Positions 16,784 to 24,235 of a stretch of 32,000 nucleotides of DNA are shown here, one piece after another. Numbering within the stretch: position 1 is the first letter of the stretch; each line of letters begins with the position of its first letter. A model generated the notes under the pieces. The model had not been told where the DNA came from, searched no databases, and was given only the letters and a program-made list of their open reading frames with translations. A program made the position numbers and the translations under genes. This DNA is from an uncultured Alphaproteobacteria bacterium. Lineage in GTDB: Bacteria > Pseudomonadota > Alphaproteobacteria > Rhizobiales > Xanthobacteraceae. The stretch is taken from NCBI GenBank assembly GCA_963847045.1, contig CAWJYQ010000014.1, positions 371,573 through 403,572 of the forward strand, written 5' to 3'.

Positions 16784-17731
16784 ATGTTTCACACTGAACT
16801 TCAGGACATGGTACAGTTGTTGACAGATCAACGTCCGGAGCAATTTCCATACGAGCGAGCGATTAGGTTGTTTCAGTTTCAAGTATGGATGCTTTATCCG
16901 GACCAAAAATTCACTGCGTTAGCCGGCCTTACAGCGGCCACGAAGGTCCTCGACTACATCGCGGATAAAGGTTTTGGAGAGGAACAGGAGCTCAAACAAC
17001 GCTCAACGTATTCATGGCGCGCACCTTTTATTAATCTTTCCGATCGGCCGGCCCAAACCCTAGATATCGTGAGCTCTCACCGAAAGATACGTGGCTATGA
17101 AGCGGTCTATGATACTTTCATAGCCGACCTGGGCGGCTTACCGGCCCTGCTAAACGCACTACCACCATCAGGCCTTGATAAAGAAATCCGCAACAGAATT
17201 GAAAGCTGCTCAGTCGTATCGGACTTAATGCATTATCGCTTGAGATATGCTCTTACGATGGGGCCCAGCGGCAAGGCATCGACCCATCGTCATGCAAAAT
17301 TCTTTGTGTGGTGGCCAACGCGTCAAATGACTGGCCGGAGAGGCGTGAGGATACCGGAAAAGGCTCCCTCGCCAAAAACGATGGATAAATGGTGGAAGGA
17401 ATGGGAACGCACAGCGGTGTTTCTTTTCTTGAACGACCGCTGTGATTTCAAACTATTTCCTGCCGCAGCCGATGACGAACTTTTCGTAGAAAAATTGCTA
17501 ACGGCCGCAAATGACATCGACAAGCTCAAGAGATTTTTCGGGGCTTACGCATTTGTGCGAGAGGCTATTTTCCCTGGCCAGGTTTCGCAGCTCCAAATGA
17601 CTGTACCGGAATCAATTGGCCGCATTCCTCTCCAAGTAGAGCCTTTCACGCCCGATGAATTGGAGATCATCGCCGCGTATAAAGAAAATGGCTTTTTGTT
17701 AGGAAATTATCAGCCTGGAGATGACGACTAG
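16784..17731 (+). CDS. Hypothetical protein (315 aa), no recognisable domain
   Basis: Long ORF in the clearly AT-richer block just downstream of the integrase. Its acidic C-terminus ends ...NYQPGDDD. I recognise no motif. Confidence 0.7.
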   Translation: MFHTELQDMVQLLTDQRPEQFPYERAIRLFQFQVWMLYPDQKFTALAGLTAATKVLDYIADKGFGEEQELKQRSTYSWRAPFINLSDRPAQTLDIVSSHRKIRGYEAVYDTFIADLGGLPALLNALPPSGLDKEIRNRIESCSVVSDLMHYRLRYALTMGPSGKASTHRHAKFFVWWPTRQMTGRRGVRIPEKAPSPKTMDKWWKEWERTAVFLFLNDRCDFKLFPAAADDELFVEKLLTAANDIDKLKRFFGAYAFVREAIFPGQVSQLQMTVPESIGRIPLQVEPFTPDELEIIAAYKENGFLLGNYQPGDDD

Positions 17732-17911
17732 CTCTTCCGTCGCAAACGGCGCGGCGTCTAGAAAGTACCGCTTTCCAGAATGGCCAGCTGGGAAACTCTG
17801 GCTTCACTTTGTCTTCTGAAAGCTCGGAACATACGATCCAACCGTGTCGGGCTTCGTAAAGCGAAGCTCACGTCGCGGGGCGACCCGTACGCAAGCCGAA
17901 AAGTTTGAGGA

Positions 17912-18196
17912 ATGACAATGATAGACACTTTGCCGAGTGTCGGCGACCCGGGCGTTAGGTCCACCAGTGAAAATTCGAGTAACGGCCTTAGGCGACTGAC
18001 CTCTATCATCCAGCCCAACGGTCCCCTCCCCATAGGGAAATCCACCTGGTGGGCTGGTGTGAGATCTGGCCGTTTTCCTGCCCCGGTGAAGCTGGGTCCG
18101 CGCATCACCGCATGGCGTGAGGAGGATATCCGCAGGCTTATTGAAAACGGCATTCCGAGAAGTGACCCGGTAACCCGGGGCGGAGGCCGGTCATGA
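17912..18196 (+). CDS. alpA: AlpA-family phage/island transcriptional regulator (excisionase-like HTH), 94 aa
   Basis: LPIGKSTWWAGVRSGRFPAPVKLGPRITAWREEDIRRLIE is the AlpA/MerR-like HTH signature. A GAGGA SD is present. Confidence 0.8.
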   Translation: MTMIDTLPSVGDPGVRSTSENSSNGLRRLTSIIQPNGPLPIGKSTWWAGVRSGRFPAPVKLGPRITAWREEDIRRLIENGIPRSDPVTRGGGRS

Positions 18197-18630
18197 ACCG
18201 CGAAGACCCTGAGGCGATCGAGCCGAATTTCCCCGGCGGGGAAATTTCGAGCCAGGACGTGGGCAACCCGGCCACAATCGAGCCGGAGGCATGCGCCGAA
18301 CAGTTCTTGAAGCACCGCGCGGCCAGCCTCACCGAGGAAGTGATGAGTGGCCTTACGTTTTACGAAGGATACAGAGCCTTCAAAGACGACGACGCCAAGT
18401 TGGAACGGCTCCTCGCTCGTTTGGTGGGCGCCAAAGTTCTCAGCCAAGCCGAGGCCGACGCCGGGCGGCGTGCCAACGACTTGACGGTATCCAAACTGAA
18501 CAAAATAGCGGCGCGCGCGGACGTCATCCTGCACCCGAAAATCCTACCGCTCCTGCAGCCCGGCTACACCGTCCTCTACGAGGTGGCGAAGCTCTACGAT
18601 TTCCTGGAGGAGCACTATGGCCGCGATTGA
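18193..18630 (+). CDS. Hypothetical protein (145 aa)
   Basis: ATGA overlap with the alpA stop and co-oriented in the operon. No recognised domain. Confidence 0.6.
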   Translation: MNREDPEAIEPNFPGGEISSQDVGNPATIEPEACAEQFLKHRAASLTEEVMSGLTFYEGYRAFKDDDAKLERLLARLVGAKVLSQAEADAGRRANDLTVSKLNKIAARADVILHPKILPLLQPGYTVLYEVAKLYDFLEEHYGRD

Positions 18631-19369
18631 TCGCCTTCGGGACATTTTGGAGCAGCTCGATGGACCGGCGACGCGAGAACGCCTGCGCAACGAACGCTCC
18701 AAGATCGAGGGATCGTTGCGGGCAGAGCAAGCGCCGCAGCCGACGCAGGGCGACACCCACGATCCAGCGCCCCCCGAGGAGAAGGAAACTGACCAAGCGG
18801 CGCAAGCCGCCGCGGTTTCAGGTTCCGCGACCGTTGCTGATTCGATCACTGCGGCCGCGGGAAGCGTCGCGGGCGGGCCGATCACGGCTCTTCTGCTTAC
18901 CCCGAGCCGCAAGCATGCCGTCCAACTCGATAAGAACTACGAGAGCGAACCCGAATGCCTGCGCTTGGGCCATGAGGTTGCCGACGAAGCCATCTTGATC
19001 GCGGTAGCGACGACCCGCGACCTTCTCGCCGTGGCTCGCACCGCAGAATGGTGGAAGTTCAAGCGCTTCCACGGCTTGTATCTGCTCTCTTGCCCGGAAG
19101 CTCCCGATGTGACGGTCGCGCAGGCCATGATGATCTATACGCGGGGTGAGCTGAAGCCCAATGCGCCGATGACGGCGTGGCCTGACGACAAAAACCCGGT
19201 GCGGCTCGCCGACCACATCCTGCGGGCCGTGAAAGGCAGGCGCGTTCACCTCTTCGCCGAGAAACGCTGTCCGGGCTGGGAAGCGATTGTCGGAGACGAA
19301 AACTGGGTCACGCAGGATTCGACAAATGATCAAAGACGTTGTCCGCTTACTGACCGACGCTCTTCGTGA
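18617..19369 (+). CDS. MT-A70-like (N6-adenine methyltransferase fold) protein with non-canonical catalytic motif, 250 aa
   Basis: The C-terminal half is collinear with my recollection of MT-A70 enzymes: ADEAILIAVATTRDLLAVARTAEWWKFKRF, MMIYTRGE, VHLFAEKRCPGWEAIVGDE. Where DPPW is expected the sequence reads LLLTPS. Confidence 0.45.
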   Translation: MAAIDRLRDILEQLDGPATRERLRNERSKIEGSLRAEQAPQPTQGDTHDPAPPEEKETDQAAQAAAVSGSATVADSITAAAGSVAGGPITALLLTPSRKHAVQLDKNYESEPECLRLGHEVADEAILIAVATTRDLLAVARTAEWWKFKRFHGLYLLSCPEAPDVTVAQAMMIYTRGELKPNAPMTAWPDDKNPVRLADHILRAVKGRRVHLFAEKRCPGWEAIVGDENWVTQDSTNDQRRCPLTDRRSS

Positions 19370-19850
19370 TCAGTCTCAATCGGCCGATCCGCCCGCCGTG
19401 GCTATTATCGATGACGAAGCCGGCGCCAGCGTCGTCTCAGCAGCACGGGCGGCAGACTTTAAGGTTCGACCTTATCTGGTGACCTTCGGCGAGCGACCGC
19501 GCTATCAGATTCAGCAAATTGCGGGGAAGATCGATGACGAACTTCGCGTGGTCGAACTTCCCACGAAGCGGTTCCCTGCCGACTTCATCAGGCTCGCGGT
19601 CCAGCACCGCTGCTTTGGCAGCGGAGACTTTGAGATCGGACTCGTGGCGATGCACTTGTGTGAAGTCTTGACGGAGCGAGTGATCTGGTTGCCGGTCAGA
19701 GCTCGCCAACCCGGCTGGTCAGCCGCCGTACGCATCGCCAGCGCCTTCGGCAAGACCCTGATCAACCCGTTCATACTGCTGCCGCCCTACATCGTCCTTG
19801 ACGAGCGGGAGCTTGAGAGCGCCCGGCGACGCGACAGACTAGCCAAATGA
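19326..19850 (+). CDS. Hypothetical protein (174 aa)
   Basis: The ATG at 19326 follows CAGGA; the track start at 19287 is a TTG. It overlaps the preceding ORF by 44 nt and has an ATGA overlap with the next gene. Confidence 0.55.
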   Translation: MIKDVVRLLTDALRDQSQSADPPAVAIIDDEAGASVVSAARAADFKVRPYLVTFGERPRYQIQQIAGKIDDELRVVELPTKRFPADFIRLAVQHRCFGSGDFEIGLVAMHLCEVLTERVIWLPVRARQPGWSAAVRIASAFGKTLINPFILLPPYIVLDERELESARRRDRLAK

Positions 19851-20473
19851 CCTATGATGTATTGGTAAAGATCAGACAGCGCTTCCGCGCTCTGTTGATC
19901 GATCCAAAAGTCAACAGTCGGCGTCCCAAGTGTCGTTCGGTCGCCGAACTCTGCGCCTTCTGGGCGAGGAAAGCGCGCGGGACCGACGAGGTTGTGCCAA
20001 TCTTTACACGTGAGCGTGCACTCGTCAGATCGGCCATCGAGGTGTACCGACCCTACACAATGGCAGACGTCCGTCAGCGAGCCGCGCGGAAGGCCTTCGT
20101 GGTCTGCTCGCTCTTCTCCGGCGCGGGCGGGTCATGTCTCGGCTATCAACTCGCCGGTGGCGACGTACGCCTCGTCGTCGAGTTCAGCCCTAGCGCGGCC
20201 GGCTCTTATCGACGTAACAACCGGTACACCGTCGTCGAGCGGCGAGACATCAGGAGCATCCTAGCGACGGAGGACGGTGTCGAGACCGCGCTCTGGAGAG
20301 TAGGCTTGCGACCGGGCGACCTCGATCTGTTGGATGCCTCGCCGCCGTGCACCGAGTTCAGCCTGGGTGGCGCCGGCATCGGCGACCAGTCGAAGCCGAA
20401 GGTGTCAATCGGCGTTGGAGTGGGACCCCCTATCGGCATCCAAAAGGGTCACCCGCCGGAGCTCATCCTGTAG
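19847..20473 (+). pseudogene. C5-cytosine DNA methyltransferase, N-terminal half only (motifs I-IV), truncated near 20400
   Basis: Motif I LFSGAGG, motif II-like VVEFSPSAAGSY, DIRSI, motif IV ASPPCTEFS. Motifs VI (ENV), VIII and X, and the target-recognition domain, are absent. The last ~70 nt of the ORF are antisense to a convergent gene. Confidence 0.7.
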
Positions 20474-20728
20474 TCGTTCCAAAGTCTTGGAGACCCAGGC
20501 GATCTCCGCACTGACCTCCTCGGGAGCGCGGTCATAGCAGACAATCGGACCGTACAGTTGCCTGCTTAGCGAGGGGTACAAATCGATCGTCTTGTCGATC
20601 AATTTATAAGCCAGCCCACAGGCCGTCGCGTCCGGCACTTGGATTGCCGAAATGGCTACATGCAATAGTTGACCGATGATATCGCGGACCCTCTGGTCGG
20701 GGGTGTGGATACCAAACGTGTTGGCCAT
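20405..20728 (-). CDS. Hypothetical protein (107 aa from ATG 20728)
   Basis: MANTFGIHTPDQRVRDIIGQLLHVAISAIQ... Third-position G+C is about 70% by my hand count, supporting this frame. The longer track ORF (to 20878) has an implausible N-terminus. Confidence 0.45.
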   Translation of the reverse strand: MANTFGIHTPDQRVRDIIGQLLHVAISAIQVPDATACGLAYKLIDKTIDLYPSLSRQLYGPIVCYDRAPEEVSAEIAWVSKTLERLQDELRRVTLLDADRGSHSNAD

Positions 20729-20771
20729 CGCGTCTTCATAACGCGAACAGAGAACAAGCTGGTTGAGTGAG

Positions 20772-21008
20772 ATGGAGTTCGATACCCTCCACTTTTGGAT
20801 TCTCGACCGGCAAAGAACGATCGGACGGGTGCGGGTCTTGATGGAAAAGTTCGACCGGCAGTCGCTCCCCTGGTTCATAGTGGATTTTCAGCTCGGCACT
20901 AGCGGGAGGTGGTTGGTCCATTGGGTGGTGCCTTTCATGTCTAGGAAGAGCACAAGGCTCACCACTCGATTACTACCTGGCATTTTCAGCATCAGGGCGT
21001 CGAGGTAG
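20772..21008 (+). CDS. Hypothetical protein (78 aa)
   Basis: MEFDTLHFWILDRQRTIGRVRVLMEKFDRQSLPWFIVDF... Third-position G+C (about 70% by hand) is higher than for the competing minus-strand Pro-rich ORF 20736..20921 (about 50%). Confidence 0.35.
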   Translation: MEFDTLHFWILDRQRTIGRVRVLMEKFDRQSLPWFIVDFQLGTSGRWLVHWVVPFMSRKSTRLTTRLLPGIFSIRASR

Positions 21009-21254
21009 CGGCCATTTGGCGGTCATCCAAGTTTTTCTGTCGCAGTGAATTTGCCGACTTGCGCTAGCCGACGGCGCTATTCCAGCAGCGCATCCGCACG
21101 GATTATTTCCGCGATGAAGCTCCCTGTGGCGAGTTCTGACCACGTGGGCTCGCATCGCACTGTCGCACGGTCCAGCGAACGAAGATCGACGAGATTTGAG
21201 CCCCGAGATCTCGACAAAGGTTGGTCAGCAAGCGCGGCGACTGCTTGTTTGGCT

Positions 21255-21836
21255 CTAGACCAACTCCACGACCCGGAGCTGCGCCTCCGGATTCGCGTCG
21301 ATGTACGCCTGCGTAGTGCGGATGGAGGAGTGGCCGGCCAGCTGCTGCACGTCCCGGAGCGATCCGCCGACAGTCGATATCTTTCGTGCAGCGTTGGTTA
21401 TAAAAGTTCTTCGGCCACTGTGGCTGGAGCAGCCATAGAACCCCAGGTGCCGGTACCAACGATGAAACATGTTGACGATCACTTGGGGCGAGGTCCGCAG
21501 GCCACGCTCGGTGCCGATGACGTGCGGACCGGCGTGGGGCCCCGTATCTCGATACTCGACCAGGGCGCTCCTGACCTCGTCGGTCAACGGGATCGTTCGA
21601 CCGGACTTACCCTTGCTGGCGGAGTCGAAGACGTTGAGGGCGCGTGCGATGTTGCCCTCGGAGTTGTTTGTCATACGCCACGTCAGGCCGGCGATCTCCT
21701 TGGCCCGGAGGCCGGCCTTGACCGACAGCAGGAAGATCAACCTGTTTCTCTTGGCGTGTCTGGTGCTGGCCAAGTAGCCCAACACGGCCTCGATCTGTCC
21801 CTTGGTGAGGGTCTTCGCTTGCTTACCCAGCGGCAT
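21255..21836 (-). CDS. Short tyrosine recombinase, catalytic domain only (193 aa)
   Basis: The R...HxxR...H...Y set is present: GLRAKEIAGL, SSHSGRRTFIT, LAGHSSIRTTQAYI. There is no N-terminal SAM-like/arm-binding domain. A GAGGAGGA SD is present. Confidence 0.85.
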   Translation of the reverse strand: MPLGKQAKTLTKGQIEAVLGYLASTRHAKRNRLIFLLSVKAGLRAKEIAGLTWRMTNNSEGNIARALNVFDSASKGKSGRTIPLTDEVRSALVEYRDTGPHAGPHVIGTERGLRTSPQVIVNMFHRWYRHLGFYGCSSHSGRRTFITNAARKISTVGGSLRDVQQLAGHSSIRTTQAYIDANPEAQLRVVELV

Positions 21837-21839
21837 CTT

Positions 21840-21877
21840 CGTCCTCCTCGACCCGATACTTATCGGGCGGCAGGACG
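21840..21877 (-). promoter_or_regulatory. Compound hairpin/palindrome in the recombinase leader that overlaps its SD
   Basis: The minus-strand mRNA reads CGUCCUgccgCCCGAUAagUAUCGGGucgaGGAGGACGaagAUG. The inner stem is a perfect 7-bp palindrome (21852-21867). The outer 6-bp arms are CGTCCT/AGGACG, and the 3' arm lies inside the SD. Confidence 0.5.
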
Positions 21878-21961
21878 CTGGATTGTAACTGGTTATGGAG
21901 GGACGTACACAGTGACGCAGGCATGTTATCAGTTACGGCCGGCCGCTGCAGGAGATGAGTT

Positions 21962-22414
21962 GTGACTGAGTTGAAGAAGGTAGCGAGAGAACGGGAACGG
22001 GTCGCTAACCTCTATGCCGATCTGATCGCTTCGCCGCTTATAAAATTCCCGTCCAAGGGTCTCGTCGCTCCGATGCAGCAGGGCGTTTACGTCATCTATG
22101 GACCAAACGGAAAGGCCCTGCATGTTGGCTCAACGCCGAGCGGGCTTCAGGGAATTTGGCAGCGACTCAGAAACCACCTGCACAAGGCGTCATCATTCAC
22201 CCTTATACACCTAAAGGGCGACGGTGCATGGTTGCGGAAGGGGTGCGGGTTTCGGTGCTTGGTCGTCACAAATCACAGGCTGCGCGCGTTGTTAGAACAT
22301 TACGCCATCGGCCATCTGTGTCCCGCGCATCTCGGGATACATAACAAGGGTAATAGGTCGTCGCTTTCGGTAGCGACGGAACGGCGTATCGTCCGTATGA
22401 GGGCCGGCATTTGA
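21962..22414 (+). CDS. GIY-YIG-superfamily nuclease-like protein (150 aa)
   Basis: GVYVIYGPNGKALHVGSTPSGLQGIWQRLRNHL fits GIY-x(8-10)-YIG...R...H. A later RALLEHYAIGHLCP could supply the conserved Glu. The GTG start lies 6 nt after GGAGA. Confidence 0.6.
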   Translation: MTELKKVARERERVANLYADLIASPLIKFPSKGLVAPMQQGVYVIYGPNGKALHVGSTPSGLQGIWQRLRNHLHKASSFTLIHLKGDGAWLRKGCGFRCLVVTNHRLRALLEHYAIGHLCPAHLGIHNKGNRSSLSVATERRIVRMRAGI

Positions 22415-22773
22415 GCGTACCGGGACTGAACGAGCTGATGGACGTACTCTCAGAATGGGCATCCGGCGCACCTGTCACGGTGTACCTATATGGAAGTCGA
22501 GTGCGTGGTGATCACAAGCCTAACAGCGACGTCGACTTGTATATTCAATATGTGAAGGGCCAAGAAGCTTCTGGTGACGAATGGTACGATAGGCAAACGG
22601 CCGACAATTACTCGGAGCTGAGGCCAAAGTTACCCGGACCTCTAGTAAAGGTGATGCCGCCGTTCGGCGCCCCCCACCCATTCATTTTCCATCCCCATGA
22701 AGTCGCCCGAAGGGGAAATGTGGTGGCGCTTTATACGCCGCCAAAACTGGGGCGGAAGGGCGCGCCGAACTAG
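22411..22773 (+). CDS. Minimal nucleotidyltransferase (MNT, Pol-beta superfamily), 120 aa
   Basis: VYLYGSRVRGDHKPNSDVDLYI is the G-S-x(9-10)-D-x-D NTase signature. The TTG start overlaps the upstream stop (TTGA); an alternative ATG is at 22438. Confidence 0.7.
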   Translation: MSVPGLNELMDVLSEWASGAPVTVYLYGSRVRGDHKPNSDVDLYIQYVKGQEASGDEWYDRQTADNYSELRPKLPGPLVKVMPPFGAPHPFIFHPHEVARRGNVVALYTPPKLGRKGAPN

Positions 22774-22906
22774 TCGATTATATTGACGCCGCGAGCCGCT
22801 TTAAGCCGTGTGCAATAGCGGCGCTCGACTCACTCGACCGGCCATGTACAGATTCATCCGTCCAGTTATGATGGCGCGGGTTTGTCCCAACCACGGAGAA
22901 CCCCGC

Positions 22907-23335
22907 ATGCCAGTCCTCAAGTCACTGTCCTTCACCGCGCTTCCAAAGCCCAACAACGACATCGTCCAGATTCGGCGGACCAACTTCGTCGCCAAGCTGG
23001 AGGAGCAGAAACAGCTCCTGAAAGACCCAAACCACATCCGGACCACCCAGCGGTGGACCAAGGTCAACGGCGAGCGGCAGGCCACCACCAAGCAGCAGGC
23101 CGTTCGCCCATGGTGGAAGACCGACCCGTCCGGTCAGGTCGTGATGTCGATGAAGTTCGGCTCCAAACCCATCGAGTTCGAGAAGGGCAAGGCTGGCATC
23201 GTCGTCGGCACGAAGGAAAAGCTTCCGGCGGTCATCGACGCCCTGATCGCCGCGGTCCGGTCCGGCGAACTGGACGAGCTTTTCAGCCAGGCCGCCAAGG
23301 CCGCCGCGGTCGGCAAGTCCCGGAAGGCCGCTTGA
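22907..23335 (+). CDS. Conserved island-associated hypothetical protein (142 aa; possibly DUF6641-like)
   Basis: The ATG at 22907 follows GGAGA. MPVLKSLSFTALPKPNNDIVQIRRTNFVAKLEEQKQLL...RPWWKTDPSGQVVMSMKFGSKPIEFEKGKAGIVV resembles a family I recall from integrative elements. The family name is from memory only. Confidence 0.6.
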   Translation: MPVLKSLSFTALPKPNNDIVQIRRTNFVAKLEEQKQLLKDPNHIRTTQRWTKVNGERQATTKQQAVRPWWKTDPSGQVVMSMKFGSKPIEFEKGKAGIVVGTKEKLPAVIDALIAAVRSGELDELFSQAAKAAAVGKSRKAA

Positions 23336-23459
23336 TCATCAGTCGGGCCGGGTGGCGAACATGGGCATCCGGCCCACCCCCTATCCGGTCTCGTCTGGAC
23401 GACTACAGACAACCCTGCCGACGGATAGGATGAACATAAGGGCCGCCGCTTGAGAAGGG

Positions 23460-23699
23460 TCAGTCGGCCTTCCTTCTCGATCCTGACCGAGTTGGGCGAC
23501 GGAAGAAGTCGACAGGGTCCACCTCCAGGACTTCGGCCAACTTCCCCACGATCTCCAACCCCACGTAGGTCACCGCCCGCTCGACCCGGCTCAGGTAGGC
23601 CCGGTCCACCCCCGCGTCGTGAGCCAGCCCCTCCTGGGACACCCCCCGCTGGTGCCGGATGCGTCTGAGGTTGGTCGCGAATCGCTGGCGTAGGTCCAT
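23460..23699 (-). CDS. XRE-family (Cro/C1-type HTH) transcriptional regulator, 79 aa
   Basis: MDLRQRFATNLRRIRHQRGVSQEGLAHDAGVDRAYLSRVERAVTYVGLEIVGKLAEVLEVDPVDFF is a canonical HTH_3 pattern. Confidence 0.85.
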   Translation of the reverse strand: MDLRQRFATNLRRIRHQRGVSQEGLAHDAGVDRAYLSRVERAVTYVGLEIVGKLAEVLEVDPVDFFRRPTRSGSRRKAD

Positions 23700-23731
23700 G
23701 TACGCAACCAACCTGCCTGTGGTTTAATGGC

Positions 23732-23757
23732 CCACGGCTTTAAAGCCTCAACCGTGG
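23732..23757. promoter_or_regulatory. Nested palindrome in the divergent XRE / membrane-protein promoter region (candidate operator)
   Basis: CCACGG-CTTTAAAGCCTCAA-CCGTGG contains the perfect 12-bp palindrome GGCTTTAAAGCC (23736-23747). It lies 33 bp from the XRE ATG and 11 bp from the membrane-gene ATG. Confidence 0.5.
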
Positions 23758-23767
23758 GGAAACTAAG

Positions 23768-24196
23768 ATGCTGAACTATTTCTCGGGCAGTTTGGACAAC
23801 TGGATGGCGCTCAAGGTCGTCGCGGTATTGGTCCCGGTGCTGACGTTCGTTTGGATCATCGTGACTGTAATGGCCCTTCACAGGCGGGACGTCTATTTCT
23901 GGAGCCTCGGATCGACCTGGACCAGCGTCATTACCTGTCCCATTGCCTCGGTCATCATGTCGCTGAGCACTACCAGCCAACTGCACGACTCGAACGCGCC
24001 GGTCTTCGAGGTGCCCATCATGGCGGGAGCCGTTCTTTACGTCGCTGCGTTCGCCTTCGCGATCGTCTATAACTTCAAGGCAACTAACTCGGCGATCTTA
24101 GCCATCAGCACGGGCATGCTGCAGCAGCTCGCGGTCCTGGGGGTGATATTCCTCTTCCTCAGATGGAGGGGCAACGAGGTGAACCGCGGCCGGTAA
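23768..24196 (+). CDS. Four-TM membrane protein (142 aa), hypothetical
   Basis: Four hydrophobic stretches: ALKVVAVLVPVLTFVWIIVTVMAL, WTSVITCPIASVIMSL, IMAGAVLYVAAFAFAIVY, AILAISTGMLQQLAVLGVIFLFL. It sits in a lower-G+C block and has a GGGGA SD. Confidence 0.7.
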   Translation: MLNYFSGSLDNWMALKVVAVLVPVLTFVWIIVTVMALHRRDVYFWSLGSTWTSVITCPIASVIMSLSTTSQLHDSNAPVFEVPIMAGAVLYVAAFAFAIVYNFKATNSAILAISTGMLQQLAVLGVIFLFLRWRGNEVNRGR

Positions 24197-24235
24197 GAAT
24201 TTGGCCGCGCTCCAAGGTGCAAGCGAGGAAAGCAC

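Noticed and set aside
17758-18534. 258-aa minus-strand ORF across the alpA region
   Set aside because: Antisense to the alpA gene (clear HTH signature) and the ATGA-coupled downstream ORF. No motifs of its own.
20736-20921. 61-aa Pro-rich minus-strand ORF, considered as the frameshifted N-terminus of the 20405-20728 gene
   Set aside because: Third-position G+C (about 50% by hand count) is lower than for the overlapping plus-strand ORF (about 70%). The sequence is proline-rich and unprotein-like, and no homology argument is available.
21077-21254. Protein-like C-terminal reading (...TWSELATGSFIAEIIRADALLE*) downstream of the recombinase
   Set aside because: No plausible start codon or SD and middling codon bias. 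It is mentioned in a finding as possible debris but is not called as a gene.
21045-21965. 306-aa plus-strand ORF
   Set aside because: Antisense to the tyrosine recombinase gene, whose catalytic R/HxxR/H/Y set is intact.
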